Positions 49,545-62,299 of a stretch of 64,000 nucleotides of DNA are shown here, one piece after another; the stretch's first letter is position 1, and each line of letters starts with the position of its first letter. The translations under genes and the position numbers were made by a program. The DNA lies in NCBI GenBank assembly GCA_964658305.1, contig OZ210885.1, positions 18,476,001 to 18,540,000 of the forward strand. Reading direction: 5' to 3'. Under the pieces are notes generated by a model, which was not told where the DNA came from, did not search any database, and was given only the letters and a program-made list of their open reading frames with translations. The DNA is from Leptogorgia sarmentosa. Its lineage: Eukaryota.

Positions 49545-51045
49545 TTAAGATGCAATCAGTACAAATGTCTGATGACGTGATCTTTGTGTCCTCCTTTTGA
49601 GAAACTTCTCTGTACGTTAATCTTCCATTTGTTAGCAACTTAACAGTTTCTTCCACTTTAACCATCAGTCGGTTATTTTTATCTCTTAATGAACGTGCCT
49701 CAGTTTTCTTTCTGTTTATCTTTTTCCGCTTTGATTCCACTTCTTTATCTTGCTGGATATCTAGTTTTCGTTTTAGAACATTTACATTTGACACAATCAC
49801 TGTGTGTGTTCTTTTTAGCTTATTGAGTACACCTTCTAGCAAATCTTTCTGTTCATCCATAAATTCCAACTCATTTGCCCTATAGTGCTTCACTTCATTG
49901 TTTGAGTCAAATAAATCAGATCTTTTCCTCCTTACCACTGTTATTTGGGCCTCAACATTTTTAATTGCCTGTCCAATTTGTTCTTGGCAAGATTCAGCTT
50001 TGGAAAGGTCTCCAGGTTTGAAGGTGGTCAACTCGCCACTCCCAAATTTTACTACATTCATTGCATTTCCATCCTTACTACTTGAATTCATCAACGCAGA
50101 ATATTTTCTACACTGCTCTTCAATTTCATTCTGTGTCTTCCACCTGCTAATTCTTTGAGTCAGTACATAGTCTTTAAATTGTAGTGGAGCCATCAGATCA
50201 AATGATGAAAGAACCAAGTCCCTCAAAACTTTGTTGTAGAACTTCATCTGTGCATTCAAAGGATTTGGTATCCAGAGATCTCTAGCAATCTTTGGCCCTG
50301 TGCAACAAAATGATATTTATAAGAATATACAAGCAATGGTCATGTACACATTTCATGCCTTAACTTAAGCATTGTACATTTAAGTATAAACATGGTTTCA
50401 AAAGTTATGCCAACATTTCTTGATCTTACAGGATAAAACCAATTATACTAACTGATACAGGTTTTTATGATCTGTAGAAAACTTTATAGTCCATTTCCAC
50501 AGGCATAGGCAAACCTTGCACGTCCATACCATTTCACACAAAATGTTCAATATTTAATAAAACTGGAAATTGTACATACTTACACTTGGATATGTTATTT
50601 CCAGCACATTCTTTGGGATTGTTTTCATTTGTTTCACGATTTGAGGCAGAAACACTTGGTATCTCATTCTCAATGCCATGCATTGACTTTGAGGCCTCAA
50701 TTTTAACAGCGGCCAAAAATCGTTTCTTGTGACCAGGCTTTGAAAATAGCCCAACATCCTTCATCAAATTGTCCAGTTCCTCAAACGAGTTGGAGTAGGA
50801 AATTATTTGTTTCAAGTCATCGTAACCTTGTTCAATGAAAGATTCGAAATACTGACCCAAATTATTTTTGTGTAAGAATGTACGAACCTCCTCGTCTTCC
50901 GCCGCCATATTGGATTTGACTATTCTCCCCAGTTTACGAGAAACTGGATGACGACGCGGTTACGTTTGAGACTGATCGAATTTAAATACCCTGAGCTGAT
51001 CGATCTAGAAGTTTTAATAGGTGTATCCGGTTTAATATTATAAAA

Positions 51046-54000
51046 ATGGACAAGAACAAAATACGTTCAGAAACTCGAAGAAATTCAAAATTTTCCGACC
51101 AAGTTTTGAAATCACAACAAACATGCGCTTTATCTGAAAATGAGAATATACTGTCAACAAAAATTGACAATCTGGAAGGTCGCGCTCAAATTGATGGTTG
51201 CTTCTCTCCAACAGAAACTCACGTGAACAATCTAAAAGGACTAAGGGCTGTTTTTCAAAATATGATGGCAAATATTAATGATGACAACAGGATCACAAGA
51301 TGTTCGTATATGGATTTTGACCAGGCCCATGCAATGTTCTTGTCATTTCACCCTTCGAAGACAAATGCAAGTCTAACGAATCACAAGGAAAAAAAAATAT
51401 TCAAGGAATTATTATGCCATCCTAACCATGGACTCGCAGTTTACATAGTTTTGAACAAATTCATTGTTCTGAAATCAAGCGAAACCGATTTAGAACACTT
51501 CATTGAAGACTGTTTAAATTTGAAGCTACAAGATACTCCTGACCCGCGTTTAAACATCAACAAAGAAACAGTGCATGACATGATAGACAGCATGGATACA
51601 GCATGGGACAAAAAAGTGATGAAGGTCGTATTAGGTGTGTATATTTTATGATAGAAAAAATAGTCGTACTTTCCAGTCCAGAGTAACTAATTGATCTCTT
51701 TTATAAACGTTCCTTCTACAGGAGCAACAAAATCAAGACAAGAAATGGAGGACCTCGGCATCAACTCTAGAATTTGCCAATACACTCAAGAGGTTTCCTC
51801 GACTGTTACTGCCAGGAAAAATGCAAAACAAGAAGCTGAAGAAACTGTTAACACCAGGCTGGATAAAAGGTCACAACTGATAAAGGAGCGTATTCAAGAT
51901 CTCGAGGAGAAGCACAATCATAATTTACACCGATGGACTACAATGCAATTAGATGATCTTGCCCAAGATACTGATGACCTCGCGAGCAACTAGAAAGAAT
52001 TGAGCAACTGAAGAGAAAGGAAGAGCCATTGGGACTCCAGAATATGATAAGAAGACAGTATAAGAAAGATATCATAAAGAAAAGAATTGGTCTAAGAAAG
52101 AAAAGCACAGGTAGACCGCAATCAATTGATGAGGACGATGAAAGATTTGTACTTGAATGTATCGAAAATAAAGCAACCGCACATGGTCGCCGCCATGATC
52201 CGGTACTGTATCTCAATCATAGAGTGAAGAAAAGGGATTTTTTAAAGTTAGTTAACTATAACAGGGCTAGAAGAGGTCTAAAGCGGTTAAAATCGGCAAC
52301 AACTGTCTACAATAGGGCTAGACCAAGAAATGTTAGAAGTATTCAAGCAAAGAATCATTTGGGCATGGCGCTGTTTTGCAGTAAAAAGCCTCCCAAGTTG
52401 CAAGAGAACGACAATGTACTGACACATCACCAGCGCGCTTTCAAAAAGAATATCCTCCTCAGACAATGTCATGAATCGAATGGTGAAGGTCTGAAGTTTA
52501 ACCTTTTTCTCTCAAGAGACGATATATTTGTCCTGGCACTGGAACAGGTACAGTACATATAATAATATGGTGCTGTGATTTTATTGTCTGATGACTGCAA
52601 ACAGCCATACAACTAAAAACTTTATAAGTACACATTTAAAAACAATGGTACGCCACTAAAAAAGATCTGCACTTTCCATTTACGCTAAATTTACCAATGT
52701 ATACCCATGATGTATTTAAATAGTATTTATTCATTTTAGAAGTTCAGAGCAGCAGAAATGTGAAGATCATCCAGCCTTCAGATGCAACACAGCAGCGCGT
52801 TCTTCCGAAATCTGATTTTCCAAATAGAATGGTAAACGTAACACCTGGTGTAAATCGTGTCATGAGTTATAAACTAGAAGAAGTTGATGGCAGCAGTAAA
52901 ATAAAAATTGTGGAGGATGATACCATAGTATTCAATAGGCCTAAATTTTTTGTCGGAAGTAGTGGCACAGTCTGGGCCTCAGAATATATGAGGCTGAGGT
53001 ATGAGGAACCCAGACTATTTTTGACTGACATTGATGAAGCCCAACCTACTCAAGAAGTTACTCTTCTTATAAGACTCAGAGACCAATTACGGTTCTACAT
53101 GTTGGCAACAAATGAGAAGGATGTAGCAAACATTTCAAGCAAAGTGGACTGCTCACACAGAAAATATGAAATTTCTAGAGCTATGGCTGTGAAGAAAACG
53201 CTGATAAAAACGCAAGAGCAATACCTTCATGAGAAACTTGCTGCAGACAAAGTTGAAGATAGAAAGGCTTCAGTTGATGTACTTTTTGAAAAATGCACTC
53301 AACTCGTACTCCAACTCCAAACTGAAATGAACACAGCCACAGTATCAGCTTCAATCGCATTGTTTAGCCATCAGTGTCAAGATCTATGCAGTAAGATCTC
53401 TCATTTAATTCCACCAATGAAGTCCAGAATCCACGAGTTTACAGATGGTGGACCTGGGGTTGGTGTAACGAATCTAGATGTAAAACTATCCATAGCACAA
53501 ATTATTGCAATCACCGATGTTGATTACTACATTCGACATCACTTAGCTAATGGGGACAGTAGCTATAATGAAGTAGAATGATGTCAGAGTTACGTGGGAG
53601 ATGCAATTTGTGATGGCGGTCCCATCATGTGGGAATACAAAAAGTGCTACGATGGCTTATCAGATGAGCAACTTGACCAAATGACACTTGAAGAGCTTGA
53701 GGAATCTGCGCATCAAGTAATGGAATACAACGTGTTCAAAGTATGTGACGAAATCACACTAAGAACCGATGGAGCACCAGCCCCTGGTGGTTACATGAAA
53801 GCTTTTACGTCAGAACAATTAGATGATATGTTTTTCTGTAACGGAAAGTATGCCTGGGAATATTTGCATGCTTCTGAACAAAGAAGACAAACCCTCCCTG
53901 GGAGCAACTATTTTAACAAGATTAAAAATTTTGGTGAAAATCACTGCCTACTTGGAGAGAAGCACATAGAATTTGTCAAATTCTCTTGTGATGAGCCTGA

Positions 54001-54769
54001 CAAGTGTGAATATTGTTCCACTCACCAATGGGTTGGACCTCCTTGTACTAGAATTCCTCAGCCGTATCCAGATTACGAAGCAGATGGTTATCATTACAAG
54101 AACGTTTTTGATACTCCAACACATGTAGACGAGAAAGAGAGAACCCCAGATGATTTTCAACCCAGGAAACAAGCAAAAGATTACATGGTAGAAGGAAAAT
54201 TAGGCACTGATGAAGAGATCAAACAGTTTAGTAAAACTTTCATTGTCGATGAAATGCTTGTCAAAAAATATGTTGACCACTTGAAGATTCTTGAGATCAA
54301 CAAAAAGAAGAGGGCAGAGAAACGACAATTAAAAACGCAGCAAGAAAGGAACAAAAAGTACGAGGACTACAACTGGCTTGCCATGTTTAATGATGGTCTT
54401 TTAAAGAAATTGAACGTTTCCGACCTAAATAAGTACTTATCACATCACAGAATGATGCATTCCTTGAAATTGAGAAAGGCGGAGAAAATCAGAGTCATTC
54501 AAGGACATATTGCCAGCCATTTATTAAATATTTCTGAAGACAACATACTATTGCAAGAAAACAGTGATGACAGTTATGGGGAAAGTAGCTCATCTGCTGA
54601 CGAAAGTAGCGAAGACATCGTTTTAAATGACACCCTTGCTAGTATGTCTGAATCAGAAACAGAAAAGAGTGGTGACGAATTCCAGGCTGAGGAAAATGTT
54701 GAGGATATGTTTACCACTACAAGAAGTGGGAGAGTCACAACCAACTGGAGAGTTTTAAAATATAAATAA
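51046..54769 (+). pseudogene. Zator-like DDE transposase, 3 exons, with frameshifts and a stop
   Basis: GRP-HTH-like region, FLSRDD, LPKSDF, VTPGV, FTDGGPG, GDSSYNEVE(R->TGA at 53579-53581). Motif order matches the Zator/TP36 group as I recall it. Confidence 0.7.
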
Positions 54770-54947
54770 GACAATGTTAAAACAGAATCTATGAGCGAAA
54801 AACGGAGGGGGGGGTATGAAAATTTTCACTTACTTTGAAGGGGGTTACGAAAATTTTTCCATAGGTTTTTGGGAGGGTATGAAAATATGTACTCGAAATT
54901 TCATTTATCCTCCACCCCCCTCTAGTAATTACTTTATGACCGGTCCC

Positions 54948-55620
54948 TTACATCAATGTTCAAAGTAAAAAAACGCATTGATATCATTCGGTCCCCAGGC
55001 CAAGCTATACATTGTATGATATATCAGTGTTTTCTGAATAACATATGTGAAAATAAAAAAATTCTATAGAATAGGTAATGAAAAAAAATGACTTGAAGTT
55101 CACATGCATTTCCGTTTGAGTTGCAGACTAATTTTCATATCACACCTTTAGTTTAAAATGGCAAAAACACGGTAGTGTATAAAAATATTAAAGGCAAGCA
55201 ATACATTCAATACATTGTCGGAATTATCGTTGAAATATGTATAATATATTTGAAAATGAAAAATCTATGGCTAGAATGAAGCGAGAAAATGACTTGAAAG
55301 TTAACATGCACATTCCTCAGAAACGCATCATATTACATCAATGTTCAAAGTAAAAAACGCATTGATATCATTCAGTCCCCAGGCCAAGCTATACATTGTA
55401 TGATATATCAGTGTTTTCTGAATAACATATGTGAAAATAAAAAATTTCTATAGAATAGGTAGTGAAAAAAAGGACTTGAAGTTCACATGCAGTTCCGTTT
55501 GAGTTGAAGACTAATTCTCATATCAAACCTATACATGGCAGTGTATAAAAATATTAAAGGCAAGCAATACATTGTTGGGATTGTCAATGAAATGTTTTTA
55601 AGTATAGTTTGAAGTGAAAA
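54948..55620. repeat. ~375-bp satellite continuation, degrading to the right
   Basis: TACATCAATG recurs at 54949 and ~55334. Confidence 0.9.
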
Positions 55621-57079
55621 TTGTATGTCTAGTATTCAAACATTTCGAATTAAGTAATTAAAAGAGATTTAAATCAATTTCTCAGGTTGAAACAAGGACT
55701 TTTATAACTTATTAAAGTTCTTCAGTATAAAGAATTAGTTTCTGTTTGAATGTAATTATAATATATGGAGATCTATTATTAGATGTTATATGTAGTGTGC
55801 CACAGCCAGCCATCCCCTCCTTTTGAGTTTTGACAATTCTAATTATTAAGGTTCTTTACATGATATAGCTTCTGCTCATCTGTGTGCACATTCTCTTATA
55901 TATATGTATATATACGGTGATTAAAAGTATAAATTTGGACACTTACTAAATTTCAGTATTAGACAATTACTAAATGTCGGGCCTGTAGCATATAAGGTGT
56001 AAACTACTAATTGTATATATCAAACAAGAAGAGACGTTGAATCCGAAAGGTTTCGTAGTCATTATTACCTAAACCTTCGAAACTATTTTGGGAATTTAAG
56101 GCAGGTTAGAACATGAAGAATTTGTTAAATCTGCTCAAGAAATAGTACACTTTAACTGTTAAAACTTTTAAATGATGGTAAATAGTAAGCGCGCAACATG
56201 TGGTCTTTATCAGCAGATTTAATCTGCTTACGAATGTGCGATGAATGTTGTGACGAATGTCGTGATGAATATCGTGATGAATGTTGTGACAACTTCACAG
56301 TGGTCTGGAGATATTGATATAGCCCATTCACAGTCTTGTTCTGTAATATCTATATTATTTAGAATGTCAGTTGCAGTGGGCAAGTGGGTCATAAGTAGGT
56401 TTGGTTGGGTTAAGCACTTTATCAATTTTCTGTTTAACTTTAGACAAAATTTCCTTTCGTTTAGTTAGAATATTAGACTTACTCTTGTGATCCAATGGTT
56501 CAACAACAATGGTTTTGTCAGTAAATAACTGTCCAAAATCAAATCTACATGAAACATTGTTATACTTTTTACAAGTTTTACTGTGATTGTGTGTCTGGTA
56601 TGTTTTCACCAAGTCATAAAGTTGTGGATCTGTTTCTTTGTCTGGGAGGTATGCTTGTTGTTATGTTGGTCAACATAATCAATGTATGCATTCTTTGTAT
56701 CTTTACTTAATTCTGGGCAATCGACATCCATATTAAGGGGCTAGATTGCAGAATACCCAGCCACTAGTCATATGTCACTGCGTAGCCATAATTTCAGTGG
56801 CTACTGGCTACGCAGTCATACGCGAATCACACGCGTGATTTAGTCATCTATCACTGTGTAGCCACTCTTGCGGTGGCTACGCTGTCACACGTTATCAAAT
56901 TTCAAAATGCGTGCATCTGAATAATTAATGGTTTTACCGTAAACATACAAAAATTCACTAAAAAATATTATAATAAAAAATATTTGCATGTAATTTCAAA
57001 AGATTTTTCATGCACAATATATATGGAATATTTAATAGGAAGCTTTACTTTGATAATATTTAGGAATTCGCTTTTTACT

Positions 57080-57228
57080 AATTATCACTGCGATATTGTT
57101 AGGGTCAGGGTTTACTGTTTGGGTTAGGGTTTACTGTTTGGCTTAGGGTTTCCTCTTTTCCTATAAAAATAATTATCACTGCGATATTGTTAGGGTCAGG
57201 GTTTACTGTTTGGGTTAGGGTTTACAGG
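57080..57228. repeat. Merlin subterminal ~91-bp duplication rich in TTAGGG-like motifs
   Basis: AATTATCACTGCGATATTGTTAGGGTCAGGGTTTACTG at 57080 and 57171. Confidence 0.75.
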
Positions 57229-57423
57229 GTCTAAATCATTGAGCGCCAATATTATTGATACTTAGTTAATGATTGTACTTGTACTAACAAACTACACTCG
57301 CCCGAAGAAATGGTATTATTACGACTACTTTAATTTTCTTAAATAAGACACAGTTTATCTAATCTATAGCTAAAAATCTGTAATTATGTCCTCGATACAC
57401 ACGTTCTTTAATTATAAATATCT

Positions 57424-58488
57424 TTAATTATATAATATAGTTTTAAAAATCTCCATATTTTTTTTCATGTCCGAAATAAATGTTGAAAATAAATCTTTTT
57501 CCTTATTCTCATAGCGCCACATAAATTCCGCTAGGTGCGAAGAAAATGCTATCTTTCGCACACCGAAAGTTGGAAGTTTACACTTGGCTTGTCGCCAATG
57601 CCCCTCAATCTTGTTTGTGTGAAATCCCTCGCTATTAACAAATTCTTTCGAATGATTAACCAATCGATGCTCATAACCGTGCTTGGTTAAATTGATGTAA
57701 CCTTTCCAGCAATCTGAAACAATCGTCGTTCCCTTTTCAATGTGTCGTTCAATTAACGGAAGTAAGGTTGCTTCATCACGTTTGTCCACTGCTACCATAA
57801 AACTACGGCGTGTTTCCTCTTCAATGCCGCCAAAACCCCACTGTCCTTCTACACGATGGCCTCTGTGGTATTTTCGTTTGCCAAATTTGCTCTCATCGAT
57901 CTGAACAATTTTGCCGGGTCCACCAATCTTTTCCTCGCGCTCTAAAAGTGTTACTTCACATGTCTCACGACAAAAACTATCCCAATCCACTGCTGTGTTA
58001 CTCGCAAGGTTCAATTCGTGACGAATCTGTTCTTGTTTCACATCCCGACACCACCAATACGTAAATTTGAGAATTTCCTCGATTGTCATGTTACTTTTCT
58101 CAAACCAACTACCACGCCGAATCGAAATCTCTGTCCTGTGTCTCTTCCCTGCCTCTTGTCTTCGACATTCCCATTTGTATCCATCTGACCTGTCTTTGCA
58201 TTCCACTATATTCATCTTTTTATTGCAATGTCCACAAACTCTTTCGCGCGCAATCAGTTCTTCGTTCATACACCACTGTATACAAGTATGTTTGCTACAT
58301 AAAACTTCATCTTTTAACCGGTCATATGTCCATCTTGCCGTCCTACCGCTTCGATTATAACTGTTTTCCCCGCCTTCACACTGTGACTCTGCATCCTTCG
58401 AACCAATATACGATAATTCAGTTTGTGAAATGCGATCATTCTTTATTATTTTTGATACTTTTGGTGCTACCTGCACTCCTCGATCCAT
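57424..58488 (-). CDS. Merlin/ISXO2-type DDE transposase, intact
   Basis: CGHC...WEC zinc ribbon, SIRRGSWF, VQIDESKFG, IVSDCWKGY, VNHS, HTNKIEGHW, HLAEFMWR. Confidence 0.93.
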   Translation of the reverse strand: MDRGVQVAPKVSKIIKNDRISQTELSYIGSKDAESQCEGGENSYNRSGRTARWTYDRLKDEVLCSKHTCIQWCMNEELIARERVCGHCNKKMNIVECKDRSDGYKWECRRQEAGKRHRTEISIRRGSWFEKSNMTIEEILKFTYWWCRDVKQEQIRHELNLASNTAVDWDSFCRETCEVTLLEREEKIGGPGKIVQIDESKFGKRKYHRGHRVEGQWGFGGIEEETRRSFMVAVDKRDEATLLPLIERHIEKGTTIVSDCWKGYINLTKHGYEHRLVNHSKEFVNSEGFHTNKIEGHWRQAKCKLPTFGVRKIAFSSHLAEFMWRYENKEKDLFSTFISDMKKNMEIFKTILYN

Positions 58489-58744
58489 TTTCTATATATA
58501 CTCAATGATAAGTGAAATGATATTCAAACCGCTTCAAAATACTCTTCATCCTACGCATGTCTTTGGCCAATCGAATGCGTTCAAATTCACCTGTCAACGT
58601 CGAGTGATACCAACGGAAATGCCTTCATTGAGCCCCCCTATATGATTACAATAAAACCAGCTAACATTTCATATACCACCTCTTCTCACAGCAGCAGCAG
58701 ACAACAGTTGTTAAACGTCTCTCTACAAATAACTTAATTTAGTC

Positions 58745-60520
58745 ATGGCTACATCTAATCCTTTGACAAAGGTTGCAAGACAGCATGAAACTACGTGGAC
58801 ACTACTTCACAAAAGAATTTCTAACGTGCCCTTTCAATTCGAAGAAATTTTCTCGGAGAATATCGCTACCTTTCTTCGACACAAATCAATTTCTCTAAAC
58901 AGCTCGATTGGCTACTTCACGCCTGCCCTACTAATGACTACGGCCTTTTTGTCTGCAAAGAATGGATGTACAGTGGAAACCTTGACGCACGAGCAACCAA
59001 TGAACATCTATGGCATTTTTGTGGGCTATCCAGGTACAGGAAAGTCGTCAGCAATACAACATGGTTGTCTTGCGCCAATGGCCGAGTTCTTCGGAGATGA
59101 TAATTCGCGAGTTCTACTTGACAGAACAACATCTTCTGGTCTCGTAAAGCATCTCTCAACGCAAGAAAGCGCGTTTATAGTCTCACCAGAGATCTATGAT
59201 GTGCTAAACAAGTTGCTCAAAAACGATGAAGACAATGCGAGTGGTGATGCGATGCTTTTGTGCAAGCTATTTTCCGGAGAACCATGCAGCTACAATTATT
59301 CGACAGAAAAGACGCGAGATATCCCTTCCAATGCACCTTTCTCGATACTTGGCTGCACCCAAATGCCCAACATCGCGAAGTTAATAGCGAGAATGGACAA
59401 TGGTCAAGGGTTAGTCAACCGCTTCCTAGTTGCTGTCCCCCTGGCGCTTTGTCCGACATCCGACGAAGTAGAACAATCTCGCACGTACCTTTCAACCGAA
59501 GCAGACGACACATTAAAAAAAACTTTTCATTATATATCCCGATGCCAAGAAGATCAATCCACCACTTATACCTTCCACGAAGATGCCAAACAATTGCTAA
59601 AATCCCTGAAAGACAACTTCATTACCGACGTTAACAAGGCAATCCAAGATGGATCCTTTGTACCACCAAAATCTAAGAAGCTTGATCTAATTCCACGGGT
59701 AGCTGTAAGTCTTCATGTCTTTACAACCGCCCTGTACAATTTCCTGTCAGGACATACAGAAAACCAAATCCCGGCGACGATTTCGCGAAGTACCTTAGAA
59801 TGCGCAGTTAAATATGTCAATCATCTGGAAATGCAAAAGCACATGCTATGCCAAGTGAGTTTTTTTACAGAAATAGCTATAAAACTACACTATTTTAAAG
59901 ATAGCACTCGTTTTCCGGCATAAAGATCTAGATAGCTTCGCCATGTCATAGCGCAATCGTAAATTTTTAAAATTTGATATGACAACTTAATACTTCACGC
60001 TCTTAGTCGGAAAATTCAGACAAATTGAGCGGAACGCGTTTTTCGTTAGGTTACTTCTGAGAAGTACCGTATTGATTCCATTTTTATTTCATCTATTTAG
60101 TTTATTAAGTCAATCACAAATAATGTGTGCGATGCCCCAAGACGTCAACCAACAACTGAAGATGTGAAAACCGCTATTCTCCTTTTCCCTGGCCCTGTGG
60201 TTACATACCGGGCATTTCGACAGTGTGCCCCTCGTTTTGTTCGTGAATCAACAAAGCACGAATATGTTGAGGCCATTGAAGAACTCAAGCCACAACTGGG
60301 ATCGCTGATAAACATCCGAGTTGCGAGAAGCAGTCAAGCCACTAAAATTTTCGTGAAGCAACATCCAGACGCCTTCACCTCGTGGCCGTTTGCTCATCTG
60401 TGCGGAGCAAATGATTACGCGTGTAAATTTGCTCTTCCCATGCACAAGTCAATTTCAAGAAATGTAAAAGATGTTCTTCTTAGCCAACATGCAATCACAC
60501 AAGAACAATACGATGCCTAA
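58745..60520 (+). CDS. Two-exon DUF3987-like P-loop NTPase (~509 aa) carried by Merlin
   Basis: Exon 1 58745-59854, GT-AG phase-0 intron 59855-60100, exon 2 60101-60520 in frame. Walker A GYPGTGKS (59024-59047), hhhSPE Walker-B-like, ILGCTQ, GLVNRF. Confidence 0.72.
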
Positions 60521-60639
60521 TTGAATATAACTTTATAACAAACCTTTTCGAAACTTAAGACTACTCACTGAAAGTTACAGTGCTTTAAATATATGTTACA
60601 CAATCAAATGTCGCGTACCGTTCGGATTTGCATGCTGCG

Positions 60640-60860
60640 TCGCCACTCAAAAATATACTTCCCTTAATATACGTAATTATTAAGATGCCTCATTCTCATT
60701 GTCAACTCACTGCGTAGCCACGTAGCCGCGTAGCCACTCACAAATATACTTCTCTTAACATTACGTAATTATTAAGATGCCTCGTTCTCATTGTCAACTC
60801 ACTGCGTAGCCACGTAGCCGCGTAGCCACTCACAAATATACTTCCCTTAACATTACGTAC
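60640..60860. repeat. Merlin subterminal ~91-bp tandem repeat
   Basis: GCCACTCA(A/C)AAATATACTT recurs at ~60642, ~60733 and ~60824. Confidence 0.75.
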
Positions 60861-62299
60861 GTAATTAAATCAAATGTCGCGTAAGATTGGGGTTTACGTT
60901 AGACTTAGAACTTTTTTACTTTTAGGGTCTCGCTTTACTTTTAGGGTTTAAATTACGTCATTATTTCAAATGCTTCGTTCTCCCATAAGTTCACAGCGTA
61001 GTTACTGAAAAATATACCTATCTAATCATTACGTCATTTTAACTTTCACTGCGTAGCCACGTAGCCACTGAAAAATATACCTACCATATCACTACGTCAT
61101 TAAATCAAATGTCGCGTAGGATTTCGGTTCACGTTAGAGTTAGAATTAATATAGCTAGTAAGATCAGCATTGCGTGATATATTTTGCCTCGTTCTGAAAA
61201 CTCACTGCGTAGCCACATCGATTTCTAGCGTGTCTTCGAAAATGGACGGGTATTCTGCAATCGCTCCTATTAAGGTGTGTAAATGTTGTGAACCTCTCAC
61301 TTGAAACTCAATACTGATAGGGTTTGCATTTGCCAGCAAAATATCCCTGAAAAACGTTTCAACTCGATACTGGAAATGTTTAGCTACAATAACTGGATTT
61401 AAATTTAATAATGAGCATCTCTCATGATAAGACAAAGCCTCTACTTCTTCATCTGTCATGTTGTTGCCTTTCATTTTTGCAATTATCTGAAATAGTTCAG
61501 GCCATCGTAAATCAGCACATGATAAGGTCATAAACCATGTTGGTATTCCTAGCTGTTTAACCATTGCTACAACTTCATACATGAATTTTTGCCAGTAAGG
61601 AGGTGAGCCAGGAATTTGTTGTAAAAACAAATATACTTGATCTTGTAAAAGAAGATTTTGAAAAGCTTGACTATTTCATTTTACTTGTGTTGCTGTGACT
61701 GATCGGCCATGTATTTTTTTAAGAGCTATATTAATACTATCAGAGATCTTTTTCTGTTCCATTACAAAATGTGCAAAAAATAAATACTCTGGACTGTTTA
61801 TATTAGCAATAAGGGGTTGTTTTCTACAAGCCAGTTTAATGCACTAATTACAAGCTGAGGGCACACTGCTTGGAAGTATACATGACCTCTAAATTGAAGT
61901 TTCCTTTTCCAATTTAAGTAAAATTATTCCAGATCTGTCAGGTAGTCTGGGAAGAACATTGCATGTTTGAATACAACTGGTACATTACATATTGCACCTT
62001 TAATTTTTCTTTGTCGTCCTTTCGGCATTATTACAATTTTTTCAAAAACTATTCTCTGAGCAACAAGAATTTGTTCAAGTTTCTCTAAAGTAGCAAGTTC
62101 AGCAGGGGTTTCACCTACAAATAAATTGATTACCACTGCTTGACAAGGCTGTTGACCTTTAATTAATTTAGCATGGCAAGTTTTGCAGATGTACTCCTTG
62201 CCATCAAAAGAACATTGAAGTATATTAGGCCTGGTTTATACCTCGAATTTCCGTTCTTTCTGGCGAAAGAACCTGAGCATCCTCCCATCGTGGCAGACA

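Larger units (their letters stand above)
40900..50908 (-). pseudogene. Zator accessory gene: N-terminal SAM domain + coiled coil, interrupted by Sola3
   Basis: Exon 1 50908-50584 VRTFLHKNNLGQYFESFIEQGYDDL...VGL..KPGHKKRFL (SAM signature). Exon 2 runs from 50297 to 49549 and continues at 41263 downward. The 3' end is approximate. Confidence 0.7.
40662..54947 (+). mobile_element. Zator-like DNA transposon (~6.0 kb without the nested Sola3)
   Basis: ~40-bp imperfect TIR GGGACCGGTCATAAAGTA(T/A)TTACTAG; 3-bp TSD TTA (40659-40661 / 54948-54950) whose removal restores satellite CATCATATTACATC; subterminal GGGGTATGAAAA-like repeats. Confidence 0.75.
56739..61267 (-). mobile_element. Merlin (IS1595/IS1016-like) DNA transposon, 4.5 kb, two genes
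   Basis: TIR GG...GATTGCAGAATACCC (56739-56758 / 61248-61267); perfect 8-bp TSD TATTAAGG (56731-56738 / 61268-61275); CACTGCGTAGCCA motifs near both ends. Confidence 0.92.
56300..62240 (-). pseudogene. Old Helitron/Helentron Rep relic split by Merlin
   Basis: ICKTC zinc finger (~62190), PKGRQRKIKGAICNVP, IPGSPPYW..KQLGIPTWFMTLS, EFQVRGSQHLHTLI|W (resumes at 56738 downward), QTHNHSKTCKK..CRF. Confidence 0.85.

Noticed and set aside
57098..57228. Interstitial telomere
   Set aside because: Only scattered TTAGGG/TCAGGG motifs inside Merlin subterminal repeats, not a true array.
60640..61215. CRISPR-like repeat/spacer pattern (CACTGCGTAGCCAC)
   Set aside because: The intervening sequences are themselves repeated, there are no cas genes and the context is eukaryotic; these are transposon subterminal repeats.
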